Position numbers and translations under genes: made by a program
The notes under the pieces: generated by a model
The model's input: the letters and a program-made list of their open reading frames with translations, nothing else
Told to the model about the DNA's origin: nothing
Databases searched by the model: none
Source: an uncultured bacterium
GTDB taxonomy: Bacteria; Patescibacteriota; Minisyncoccia; UBA6257; 2-01-FULL-56-20
Direction: 5' to 3'
Assembly (NCBI GenBank): GCA_963844965.1
Contig: CAWJQC010000007.1
Coordinates: 96,001-160,000, forward strand
Length of the DNA: 64,000 nt
Shown: one piece after another, positions 27,331-36,665 of the stretch
Layout of the letters: every line of letters starts with the position of its first letter
Position numbering within the stretch: the first letter of the stretch is position 1

Positions 27331-27729
27331 TTATAAACTTCTCCGAACGAGGATTTTCTCCACCTGTTTCCTTAGCTCGGGATCATGTCCCTTGAGCCCG
27401 CGGGAGGCATCCATCAATTTGGTCGCCTCATCGTGGGGAAGGCCAATATCTTTGGCCGCAAGAGCCCATTGTTCAGGAGGATGATATTTTCCCTTGATGG
27501 CGTAGCACACCGCCGTAATCGGGCACAATTCACCTTCCAGGCTTTGAGCGTGTATGTGTCCATTCTCACCAATTTTCCAGTTGTAGCAATCGTGACACGC
27601 CGCGGCAAATCGCAGAACTTCTTTAGCGTTTATCATTCGTTGCTGTTCCACCCCCCCTCCTTTTGAAGCGTCATAGAATTGAACTTCGGTGAACTGTAAG
27701 CGATAATAGCATTCTACTTCTGAAGACAC
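27331..27729 (-). CDS. hypothetical Cys/His-rich protein
   Basis: ORF followed by a strong terminator. Start uncertain (alternative M at 27636). Confidence 0.35.
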   Translation of the reverse strand: MSSEVECYYRLQFTEVQFYDASKGGGVEQQRMINAKEVLRFAAACHDCYNWKIGENGHIHAQSLEGELCPITAVCYAIKGKYHPPEQWALAAKDIGLPHDEATKLMDASRGLKGHDPELRKQVEKILVRRSL

Positions 27730-28225
27730 AAGGAAGCCGCGCCGAATTCTCTCCGTGTTGCCCGGAAATTATTGAACGCCCGCGGCATTTGACTTTTTAT
27801 GGGCTGGGAGTATTATTGTATGTGGTTCTACATTCCGGCGGAACCGATGTTCCGTCGCTGTCCCTGATAATCATTACGCCCGGTTGGCTGAAAGAGGCGG
27901 TTCGTCGCTCATTCTCCGCTCGAAACGCGGAGGAGCCGATGAAAATCGGATGCGTGAAGAGTACTGCCATCTAAGCGGTAAAACGTTGTGGCAGGAAAGT
28001 AGCGCTTTGACGAGGGCTGTCAACCCCACCGATTCGGCTTTTGAGGACGCGTTGCTTCTTTCTGGGAAGAAAGGAGGGCTAAAGACTCCCGAAAATGTTG
28101 CGATTGCGTTTTTCTTCGGTTTTTTTCGCGGTCCGGATGCGCGGCGACTATGTTCTGTCGCCGCGCATTCCCCCCTACCTAAATTCGTTACGTCGTAGTG
28201 GGTTTAGGCAGAGGAATAGGAAAAT

Positions 28226-28702
28226 ATGTCCGAGGTAGTCGTGGTTCTGCATAATATAAGAAGCTTGCACAACGTCGGTTCTATTTTCCGTACGGCGGAT
28301 GCCGCCGGCGTCTCCAAGATTTATTTGTGCGGTATAACGCCGGCGCTAATTGACCGGTTCGGAAAAATCCGCCCGCAGTTCGCGAAGGTTTCGCTGGGCG
28401 CGGAGAAATACGTGGAATGGGAAAAGGTTAATGCGACAAGCGCCTGTTTGAGAAAATTGAAAAAAGATAACTATAAAGTTTTTGCCGTTGAGCAATCAAA
28501 AAAATCAATTCCGTATTACAAATTGAAAATTGAAAATTTAAAATTGAAAATTGCTTTAGTGCTTGGCAACGAGGTCAATGGCCTGCCGCCGTCGGTTTTG
28601 AAACTTGCCGATAAAATTCTGGAGATTCCCATGGGGGGCGGGAAAGAATCGCTTAATGTGAGCGTGGCCGCCGGCGTTGTGCTTTTTGGGATTCAATACT
28701 AA
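28226..28702 (+). CDS. SpoU/TrmH-family RNA 2'-O-methyltransferase
   Basis: NVGSIFRTADAAGV and LVLGNEVNGL SPOUT motifs. Contains an internal in-frame repeat (KLKIENLKLKI). Confidence 0.75.
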   Translation: MSEVVVVLHNIRSLHNVGSIFRTADAAGVSKIYLCGITPALIDRFGKIRPQFAKVSLGAEKYVEWEKVNATSACLRKLKKDNYKVFAVEQSKKSIPYYKLKIENLKLKIALVLGNEVNGLPPSVLKLADKILEIPMGGGKESLNVSVAAGVVLFGIQY

Positions 28703-28920
28703 AATTTCCGTCATACCCAGTAGGAAAATTTCGAATTGGCATCCCATATATTGCCCACCCATGAACATTCCCACTATCAACATAATAGGAACGAATCAAC
28801 GGCTTAGTCGAAAAAGCCGAAGAACTATTATAATGTGAAATTCTCCGGCAGAAGAGCAAAGCTCTCTACCGGACTTTAATCCCGTAGACAGCTTCGCTGT
28901 TCTACGGGGCTCTACTAGGT

Positions 28921-30156
28921 ATGGACAACGATAAAAAAATTTTCGGCGTCACGCGCAACGTATTTTTTCTGGGGCTCGTAAGTTTTTTCAACGACTTTTC
29001 CGCAGAGATGGTGCAGTCGGTGATGCCGGTTTTCATCACCAGCGTTCTGGGCGCGCCGGCTTTTTTTGTCGGCCTCATTGAAGGAGTGGCGGACGCCTTA
29101 TCAAGCGTGCTTAAGGTTTTTTCCGGCTGGTTTTCCGACAAAATAGGCCGGCGCAAGTTGCCGACCGTCCTGGGCTATGTGCTCTCGGTCGCCACGCGGC
29201 CGTTCCTAGCGCTGGTTTCCGGTTTTTGGCAGGTGTTTGAGCTTCGCGTCGTTGACCGCATCGGCAAGGGATTCCGCGACTCGCCGCGCGACGCCCTGAT
29301 TTCCGAATCCGTGGACAAAGCGGAGCTCGGAAAATCTTTCGGTTTTCACCGCTCGCTTGATACGCTCGGCGCGACGTTCGGTCCGCTTCTCGCGCTCGTG
29401 CTCCTGCCCCTGCTTCACGACAACTACCGCCATCTTTTTCTGATCGCCTTCGTGATAGGCGTAGGCGCGATTTTCAGTTTTATTTTCGTGAAAGAAAAGT
29501 CCCGACCCAGAGTCGGGACTCCGACCGAAGCGTCGGAGAAAGGAAAACCTCCGGCGGCGGAAGCGGTTAAGGCAAGGCCGAAGCTTAATTTTCAGCTCCT
29601 GCGAAATAACAAGAAATTTGCCCTCGCGGTTTTTTCTTTGTTTGTTTTCGGTCTCGGTACCCTGCCTATACTTTTGGTATTGCTGAAGGCAAAAGAGGCC
29701 GGCTTTCCCGGCGATATGGTACCGCTCATGTATTTTATATACAGTTTGACCTTTGTCCTGACCGCGGTTCCCTTGGGGCGGCTATCGGACAGAGTAGGTG
29801 AGCGCTATGTCATCGCCGGCGGGTTCTTGGCGGCGGCGCTCGCTTATTTCGGATTGGCAATGACCGCGAATCGGCTCGCTGTCATCGCGCTGTTCGTAGT
29901 CCTCGGGCTTTATTCCGCGGCAACTGACGGAATTGAGCGCGCGCTCGCGGCGAAGAATTTGGCGCCGGAAATTTTGGCGACGGGCCAGGGATTTTTGAAT
30001 ATGGCCATCGGTTTTTCATCTTTGTTCGCGGGAATTGTGGGTGGTCTTCTTTGGACGAACATCGGCTCTTCGGCGGCGCTCGTTTACGCCGGTGCATTCT
30101 CGGTGGTTGGCCTCATTTTCTTTCTCGTGATGACCCGCTCCAAGAGATATTCATAA
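28921..30156 (+). CDS. MFS transporter
   Basis: 12-TM-like hydrophobicity. GWFSDKIGRRK motif in loop 2-3. Confidence 0.75.
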   Translation: MDNDKKIFGVTRNVFFLGLVSFFNDFSAEMVQSVMPVFITSVLGAPAFFVGLIEGVADALSSVLKVFSGWFSDKIGRRKLPTVLGYVLSVATRPFLALVSGFWQVFELRVVDRIGKGFRDSPRDALISESVDKAELGKSFGFHRSLDTLGATFGPLLALVLLPLLHDNYRHLFLIAFVIGVGAIFSFIFVKEKSRPRVGTPTEASEKGKPPAAEAVKARPKLNFQLLRNNKKFALAVFSLFVFGLGTLPILLVLLKAKEAGFPGDMVPLMYFIYSLTFVLTAVPLGRLSDRVGERYVIAGGFLAAALAYFGLAMTANRLAVIALFVVLGLYSAATDGIERALAAKNLAPEILATGQGFLNMAIGFSSLFAGIVGGLLWTNIGSSAALVYAGAFSVVGLIFFLVMTRSKRYS

Positions 30157-30211
30157 TGCGGAATTTTTCCGGTTTTTATTTTTCCCCGGCGCCGTATATA
30201 CTTAATACAAC

Positions 30212-30724
30212 TTGGTTGGGCAAATGACCAAAAACGTGTTTATAATCGCTGTTTTATTTGTGGTTTTGGCCGCGGTCGTTTTTGGTTACTACTTTTTGGG
30301 AATGCAAAACCCCGCGCTTCGCAAGGCTCAGGTTACGATTGGCACAAAAACTTTCCAGGTTGAAGTTGCCTCCACGACGCTTGAGCGTGCGCGCGGACTT
30401 TCGGGGCGCGACAGTTTGGCCGAGGACAGCGGAATGTTCTTCATTTTTGATGCGCCGTCCGATTACGGTTTCTGGATGAAGGATATGAAATTTCCTATAG
30501 ACATAATTTGGATAAAAGGTTCACCCTCCCAAATTTTGCCGGGCAAAACCTGGGAGGGCAAGGTGGCCGGCTTCGCGGAAAACGCCGCACCGGAACCTAG
30601 CAAGTCGGTTTGGGATTTGAAGATATATTATCCGCCGGAACCGGTTGACCGTGTGCTGGAAGTGAACGCCGGCGATGTCGCGAAATACGGCATAAAAGTC
30701 GGCGATAAAGTGTCGGCTCAGTAA
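30212..30724 (+). CDS. DUF192 domain protein
   Basis: RARGLSGR ... GMFFIFD ... MKDMKFPIDIIWI pattern of DUF192. Confidence 0.55.
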   Translation: MVGQMTKNVFIIAVLFVVLAAVVFGYYFLGMQNPALRKAQVTIGTKTFQVEVASTTLERARGLSGRDSLAEDSGMFFIFDAPSDYGFWMKDMKFPIDIIWIKGSPSQILPGKTWEGKVAGFAENAAPEPSKSVWDLKIYYPPEPVDRVLEVNAGDVAKYGIKVGDKVSAQ

Positions 30725-30815
30725 TTGAGAACTGTCGGTTGCCGTTGGTATTGCGACCGGGCGTTTATTGGTATAGAATGGCTTCGGAAGAAATTTTGAA
30801 AAGGAGATGACTAAT

Positions 30816-31541
30816 ATGGGAGAACTTGGCTGCTGTGTTGACCTTACTTGCCTTAAATCGTGGGCGACGCTGGGTGATTATGAAAAGCTGTGCCTGGATG
30901 CGATCGCTAACCGGGAAATTGTCCGCGCGGTTTGCATACCGCCCGTCTTGGAGATAATTTCTTATTGCAAGGGTTTCTCGCCGTCGATGGTGCCGATATG
31001 CGCGGTTGTGGACTTCCCGGAGGGATGGAGCGGTTTGGCTAAGATCTCCGAGGCACAAATTATGAAAGAAACGGGCGTCAACGAGGTTGATACGGTATTG
31101 AATGCCAGATTGATCATGTCCGCGGTGAAACACCCGGAGATGAAAGAGACATTCTACGATTTATTGGTTGCAGAGCTGAAGTCCGTTACGAGCAAATTTC
31201 CCGGACGGACCAAGGTTATCCTTGAAACCGGCCACGAGTTTTGGACCAAAGAGCTGATTCAGGAAGCGGTTCGGCTTGTCGGGAGGGCCGGAGTGTTCTG
31301 CGTCAAAACCAGCACCGGAGTTATTGATAATATCCCTCGCGCCGGAATACCGCTAGAGGTGAAAGTTCAGCACGTTGCCTGGATGTGGGAAGCTATCACA
31401 AGAGACAATTTGGGTCTTGCGATAAAGGTTGCCGGCGGCATAAAGACCATGAAAGACGCACGACTTTTTATGGATCTTGGCATTCCGCCGGAGAAACTTA
31501 TCTTCGGCGCCTCGGAAAAGTTCTGGGAGAAAGAAGAATAG
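30816..31541 (+). CDS. DeoC/LacD-family aldolase (deoxyribose-phosphate aldolase-like)
   Basis: Schiff-base Lys context CVKTSTGV plus KVAGGIKT. ATG at 30816 has better SD spacing than 30807. Confidence 0.55.
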   Translation: MGELGCCVDLTCLKSWATLGDYEKLCLDAIANREIVRAVCIPPVLEIISYCKGFSPSMVPICAVVDFPEGWSGLAKISEAQIMKETGVNEVDTVLNARLIMSAVKHPEMKETFYDLLVAELKSVTSKFPGRTKVILETGHEFWTKELIQEAVRLVGRAGVFCVKTSTGVIDNIPRAGIPLEVKVQHVAWMWEAITRDNLGLAIKVAGGIKTMKDARLFMDLGIPPEKLIFGASEKFWEKEE

Positions 31542-31570
31542 TTCATTATTGCAATAAGTTGTTATTGCAG

Positions 31571-31601
31571 CCGCCCCGGTTTGGACTTGGGCGGTTTTTT
31601 A
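31571..31601 (+). terminator. intrinsic terminator
   Basis: ccgccc ... gggcgg stem then TTTTTTATTT. Confidence 0.45.
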
Positions 31602-31656
31602 TTTGGATTGCATTAATTTTTTAAAAGATGTAATATAAGCATAGCGCAATGTTTTT

Positions 31657-32052
31657 ATGAGGAGGCGGGAATGTTGTTTGCGGAACGAGAAGACGAAGAA
31701 TGTCACAAAAATTTATAAAGAAACGGAAAAGGAAGCGATTGCCTGGGGGCCGGTGAAATTTACCAAGGAAGAAGGCGACAGCTGGCGCATAAGTTTTAAG
31801 GCGCAATGGCAGGGGATGGAGCTGGTTCTCGAAAAACGGCATTCTATCGAATATGGTGGAAATGTTTCGAGAGATATTTGTTCTTTGACCGTCAGCAAGA
31901 ATGGCAAGAAGGAATTTTCGGCAGGTTATTCCACGGACGAAGATTACGTAGAGACGCTTGGCGCGACCGGCGTTCCGACTCTTGGATTACTCACGAGGCA
32001 TTTAATCGACAAGTTCAGAAACCAACTTAAACTTCATTGGAGTGTTATGTAG
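31657..32052 (+). CDS. hypothetical protein
   Basis: ORF with GAGGAGG upstream and terminator downstream. Start ambiguous. Confidence 0.35.
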   Translation: MRRRECCLRNEKTKNVTKIYKETEKEAIAWGPVKFTKEEGDSWRISFKAQWQGMELVLEKRHSIEYGGNVSRDICSLTVSKNGKKEFSAGYSTDEDYVETLGATGVPTLGLLTRHLIDKFRNQLKLHWSVM

Positions 32053-32075
32053 GTGGCTTGCGCCACCTTTTTTGT
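32052..32075 (+). terminator. intrinsic terminator
   Basis: ggtggc-TTGC-gccacc followed by TTTTTTG. Confidence 0.6.
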
Positions 32076-32211
32076 TATAATAAAAGCATGAATCCCGTTA
32101 GAAGCCGCGATTGCTTTATAGACCAACCACAGCTCACCCTAACAATGAACGGTCGTTTTATTAAAATTAAATTTTACAGATCGCAATTGATCGCGATCTG
32201 CTTCTAACGGG

Positions 32212-33237
32212 ATGAAAAAAGCACGCATAGCGATTAATGGTTTCGGGCGCATCGGCAGGTTGTTTTTCCGCTCCGCTTTCGGCGCGCCGGATTTTGAAAT
32301 TGTCGCCGTAAATGACCTGGGCGATTTGGAAAATTTTGTTTACTTGCTGAAATACGACACGGTTTACGGCCGCTACGCGAAGAATGTCGGCGCGAAAAAC
32401 GGCAACTTGGTTGTTGACGGCAGCGAGATAAAATTTTTACAGATTAAAGACCCGGCGCAGCTTCCATGGAAGGACCTGAAAGTGGATATCGCGGTTGAGT
32501 CCACGGGGCTTTTTGAGTCATACGAAAAAGCGAAAGCGCATTTGGATGCCGGCGCGAAGAGAGTGGTGCTTACGGCTCCGGCGAAAGACGATGACGGCGC
32601 GCTCGGCAGGACGGTTCTTATGGGCGCGAACGATGACGACTTGAAAACATGCGCCATAACCTCAAATGGTTCCTGCACGACGAATTCCGTTTCTCCCGTG
32701 ATTGAGATTCTCTCGGAAAATCCGGGAATTCTCAAGGCGACGCTCTCTACCATACACGCTTATACGGCGACGCAGAATCTGGTGGACGGTCCGGTTCGCG
32801 GCGGGAAAGATTACCGGCGGGGCAGAGCCGCGGCGCAGAATATCACGCCGTCAACGACCGGCGCGGCAATTGCCGTAACGCGCGTAACACCCTCGCTTAA
32901 GGGAAAATTTGACGGGGTCGCTTTACGCGTGCCGACAGCCACCGGCTCCGTTTCCGACATCACGTTCCTTGCCAAGCGCAAGACGTCGGCCGAGGAGATA
33001 AACGATATTTTGTGCAAAGCCGCCGCTTCGCCGCGCTGGCAGGGGATTCTTAAAGTGAGCGAGGACCAGCTTGTTTCCTCGGATATCGTTGGCGAACCGT
33101 ACGGCGCGATTGTGGATCTGGGTTTCACGAAAGTAATTGACGGCGATTTGGTGAAAGTTCTATCTTGGTATGACAATGAAGCCGGATATGTCGCCACACT
33201 AATAAAACATGTACAAGAAGTTGCTAAACTTATTTAG
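32212..33237 (+). CDS. gap: glyceraldehyde-3-phosphate dehydrogenase
   Basis: INGFGRIGR NAD-binding motif. Active-site SNGSCTTNS. WYDNEAGY C-terminus. Confidence 0.92.
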   Translation: MKKARIAINGFGRIGRLFFRSAFGAPDFEIVAVNDLGDLENFVYLLKYDTVYGRYAKNVGAKNGNLVVDGSEIKFLQIKDPAQLPWKDLKVDIAVESTGLFESYEKAKAHLDAGAKRVVLTAPAKDDDGALGRTVLMGANDDDLKTCAITSNGSCTTNSVSPVIEILSENPGILKATLSTIHAYTATQNLVDGPVRGGKDYRRGRAAAQNITPSTTGAAIAVTRVTPSLKGKFDGVALRVPTATGSVSDITFLAKRKTSAEEINDILCKAAASPRWQGILKVSEDQLVSSDIVGEPYGAIVDLGFTKVIDGDLVKVLSWYDNEAGYVATLIKHVQEVAKLI

Positions 33238-33416
33238 TGGCGACATAGCTGGCCGAAGGAGGGGTCGGGAGGAAAATACGAGGTTCCTCCCGTGTAGGAA
33301 ATTACTCAAAACCGAGGGTTGTGAGGGAGCGATTTGCTGTATAGCGAATCGCGACGTGGGCTACGTTTCCACGCTGGTAAAACACGTAAAAAAAGTAGCG
33401 GAATTAATCTAAAGAC

Positions 33417-34019
33417 ATGTTCAAAGAATTTAAGGGCCGCGAGCTGCAACCTCGGGATATAATGATACGCGAACTGTTGCGGAATTTTGCCGGTTTGAAG
33501 CCTTTTGACAAACTGGAAATTTCTTCCAGCATTGCAGAACTAAAAACTAAAAAAGAGTTCACAGATTTAATTGAGGCCGGATCTACGGAACTTGCCCGCG
33601 ATCTGCTTTTTAACATCGCCAATTCTATGATTAAAAAACGGCTTGAATTGAGAAAAAGTGAACTGGGAAAAATAAAAGAGAAAGGCCCGGCGCCTGCGCC
33701 CGATAGAACGAGATTTCGTGATGACGAACTGGTTGAGAAGCTTATGGGAGTGCTTGAAGAAAAATTTGATGTTTCGGAGAAAGAAAGGTCTGTGCAAATA
33801 CAAAAACTGAGGACTTGGCAGCCGAAAAGCACCGAGGGAATGAGTCATGGCAAGCGTGGGCGCGACACCCCGCATACTGTTCTGCGCAAAAATATGCGCG
33901 GAGGAAAAAAAATATCGGAATTGCCGGTCAATCCAAGTGTTTTACACGCCATTGATGATGCCGAAGATGCCGAAATACAGAAGCGGATTGCCGGCGGCGA
34001 ACAAGAATCGGAAACTTAA
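33417..34019 (+). CDS. hypothetical protein
   Basis: 200 aa, charged/coiled, no motif. Confidence 0.4.
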   Translation: MFKEFKGRELQPRDIMIRELLRNFAGLKPFDKLEISSSIAELKTKKEFTDLIEAGSTELARDLLFNIANSMIKKRLELRKSELGKIKEKGPAPAPDRTRFRDDELVEKLMGVLEEKFDVSEKERSVQIQKLRTWQPKSTEGMSHGKRGRDTPHTVLRKNMRGGKKISELPVNPSVLHAIDDAEDAEIQKRIAGGEQESET

Positions 34020-34020
34020 C

Positions 34021-34701
34021 ATGAGCGAGCGGAACGTCAGTTTAATACTTTTTATAATATCTTTGATTGCGATTTTCACCGCTTTCGCGTTTTACGCCGC
34101 TTTTTACTTCACGACTTCGTTTTTGATTCACGACAGCGTGAATAAAACCTTGCTTTGGAGCGGGCTTTTTGACAGGCAAATTCGGGTTCAGGCGGAGAAA
34201 AAAGTGAACAGCTCCCCCGCCGTTCCTTCGGGTCAGATTGATACCTCAAATTGGAAAACCTACCGCAACGAGAAATACGGATTTGAGGTAAAATACCCGG
34301 CAGAATTAGAGATACGCAGTCCTTCGGAGAGCCCTCTTCCCGGTGAGCTCATGATCCACATTATAGCCGATGACTATAAAAACACCGAAGAGGGACCGGC
34401 TGCGTTTTATGAAGGCAAGGATGAAATTATATGGAAAAGCCGATTGTCTCACGAAACTTCTTATAAAGTTGGCGATCAGTGCCTAGAGGGAGATTGGGGT
34501 TTCGGGACTTACAACAGGGAAGAAATAAATTGCACAGTTTTTAATCTGCATCCGTATGCGATTAAAGAGGAGGTACCCAACATTGTGGAGCTCAGTTTGC
34601 CCACACAAAATTTCGACCTAACAATAGAAATTTATTATAGAAAATACTCTGACGAAGTTTTGCAGCAAATCCTCTCCACGTTCAAGTTTATTCAAACATA
34701 A
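34021..34701 (+). CDS. membrane-anchored protein, paralog of 37582-38304
   Basis: Start MSERNVSLILFII at 34021, 1 nt after the upstream stop. Shares DTSNWKTYRNEKYGFEVKYP and terminal TFKFIQ with the paralog. Confidence 0.5.
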   Translation: MSERNVSLILFIISLIAIFTAFAFYAAFYFTTSFLIHDSVNKTLLWSGLFDRQIRVQAEKKVNSSPAVPSGQIDTSNWKTYRNEKYGFEVKYPAELEIRSPSESPLPGELMIHIIADDYKNTEEGPAAFYEGKDEIIWKSRLSHETSYKVGDQCLEGDWGFGTYNREEINCTVFNLHPYAIKEEVPNIVELSLPTQNFDLTIEIYYRKYSDEVLQQILSTFKFIQT

Positions 34702-34793
34702 TGCGAATCTGCGAATGTGTGCGAATGCCGTGAATGATTGGGATTTAAAATTTATTTAGAAATTAGAAATTAGTAATTAGAAATTTTTGTATT

Positions 34794-35243
34794 ATGCTCA
34801 TCTATATCGGCGCGGACCACCGCGGGTTCAATTTAAAAGAGCGGATAAAAGGTTTTCTGCGCGAACGCGGCTATGAATCTTTTGACGTCGGCAACGCGAA
34901 GTACGACGCGAACGACGATTACCCGGATTACGCCGAGAAAGTCGCGAAGGGAGTGGCGGCCGAACCGGGACGAGATAAGGGAATTCTGATCTGCGGTTCC
35001 GGAGTCGGGATGGATATCGTGGCGAACAAGTTCAAAGACGTGCGCTCCGTTTTGGCTCTTAGCACCGACCATGTTTTTGACGCCCGTCACGACGACAACG
35101 TGAACGTTTTGAGCCTGGCGGCTGATTTTATTACCGAGGAGGACGCCTTCAAGATTGTGGGGATCTTTTTGGAGACACCGTTCGCCGGAGATGCCAAGTA
35201 TAAAAGGCGGCTTGAAAAAATTTCCCAAATAGAGAACCGCTGA
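34794..35243 (+). CDS. rpiB: ribose-5-phosphate isomerase B
   Basis: MLIYIGADHRGF ... ILICGSGVGMDIVANK pattern of the RpiB/LacAB family. Confidence 0.85.
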   Translation: MLIYIGADHRGFNLKERIKGFLRERGYESFDVGNAKYDANDDYPDYAEKVAKGVAAEPGRDKGILICGSGVGMDIVANKFKDVRSVLALSTDHVFDARHDDNVNVLSLAADFITEEDAFKIVGIFLETPFAGDAKYKRRLEKISQIENR

Positions 35244-35296
35244 CGGGAGATTGGAACATAAAAAAGGCCACCGCTGCGCGATGGCTGTTTTCGTAT

Positions 35297-35866
35297 TTAT
35301 TCAACGTGGACTGGCTGGCTGGCGGGAAAAACGTCACAGTGCTTTTCCTTCCAGGCAATCCATTTTTCTGAGGTTGTGGCGAATACTTTTTCGTGCATGT
35401 CCATTATTTCGACAAGCGAAAGTGGACGGTAGTTTTCGCCGCAGGGGTCCGGCACGTAGGTGGGACCATCTCCGCCCCACGACTTTCTCCTATAGAACCA
35501 ACCTTGTTCGTTCGTCGAATCCGGACCCTTGAAGAGTATCGTTGTGTCGTGCCACGATTCTTGCGCCAGCGGCATTTGTCCGAGTATTTCGGCGTGTTTC
35601 TCGTTATACGTTTTCTTGATTAGGTATGCCGTAAAACTTCTGATTTGTTCCAGTTCCAAATCCGTGGGCATGACCGAGTTAGCGTATAGCGACGCTATCC
35701 AGCCCGTGTTTGGGTGAGATGAACCAACCGGGATTTTGAATTCTGTTTGAATGCGTTCTATTTCGGATTCCGTCAAGTATTGCTTCATTTTCCCTCCGTT
35801 GATGGATGATTGGCAGAGCTGAGACAAGTTTACGCCGAATTCGGTTTTCGTGTCAATAAATGCCAT
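35297..35866 (-). CDS. hypothetical protein
   Basis: 189 aa, convergent with rpiB across a hairpin. No motif. Confidence 0.4.
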   Translation of the reverse strand: MAFIDTKTEFGVNLSQLCQSSINGGKMKQYLTESEIERIQTEFKIPVGSSHPNTGWIASLYANSVMPTDLELEQIRSFTAYLIKKTYNEKHAEILGQMPLAQESWHDTTILFKGPDSTNEQGWFYRRKSWGGDGPTYVPDPCGENYRPLSLVEIMDMHEKVFATTSEKWIAWKEKHCDVFPASQPVHVE

Positions 35867-35894
35867 GAGGTCGTTGTGCTACAATGAAACCATA

Positions 35895-36542
35895 ATGGAG
35901 GTTATCCCCGTAATAAATTGCCACGACAAAGATTTTGAGTGTGTGCTCGCGAAGGTCGCAATCGTGGAAAAGTTTCTGAAGAAAGGCGACTGGTTACACC
36001 TGGACGTTTCCGACGGACGCTTCACATTCAACAGGTCATGGAGAAATCCTACCCAGTGGGCGAACTTGCGTTCGGGATTTAACCTGGAAGCTCACCTGAT
36101 GGTTGAGGAGCCGGAGAGATATATTGAGGATTGGATCGCCGCCGGCGCGAAGCGGTTGATTATGCACGCGGAGACAATAAGCGAGCAAAGTGCGAAGCAT
36201 ATGGCGCAAAGAGCCAAACATCGCGGCGTGGAAGCGATGCTCTCAAGCGCGCCGCACACGACGTTCTCGGAACTTTGGCCATTTTTGAAATTATTCGGGG
36301 AATTTCAGGTTTTGGCCGTTGATCCGGGTCCGTCCGGCCAGAAATTTTTGCCGGTTGTCCTTGAAAAGATCAGGTTTTTGAGGAATTTCGCGCCGAGTGC
36401 TAAAATTGAAGTTGACGGAGGCATGACGCCGGAGACCGCCCGCGATGTAAGAGCGGCCGGAGCGGATATTGTCGCCTCCGCGACATATATTTTCGGAAGC
36501 AAGGACCCGAAGAGGGCGTACAAAGAACTTAGGAAAGTTTAA
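35895..36542 (+). CDS. rpe: ribulose-phosphate 3-epimerase-like protein
   Basis: LDVSDGRFTFN matches DVMDGHFVPN. HLMVEEP matches HLMVxNP. Start at 35895 avoids overlap with the minus-strand gene. Confidence 0.65.
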   Translation: MEVIPVINCHDKDFECVLAKVAIVEKFLKKGDWLHLDVSDGRFTFNRSWRNPTQWANLRSGFNLEAHLMVEEPERYIEDWIAAGAKRLIMHAETISEQSAKHMAQRAKHRGVEAMLSSAPHTTFSELWPFLKLFGEFQVLAVDPGPSGQKFLPVVLEKIRFLRNFAPSAKIEVDGGMTPETARDVRAAGADIVASATYIFGSKDPKRAYKELRKV

Positions 36543-36665
36543 AATGTAAAAATCAAAATGAAAAATGACAATGCAAAATGTCAAAATTGATTTTTTTTTA
36601 AAACCTTTACCATTTTTAATTTTTAATTGTCATTTTAAACTTTGATTTTTTAACTTTACATTTTT

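Noticed and set aside
33209-33412. ORF 33209-33412 as a functional gene
   Set aside because: Only its last about 22 codons are meaningful (gap C-terminus look-alike). Interpreted as a gene remnant, not a CDS.
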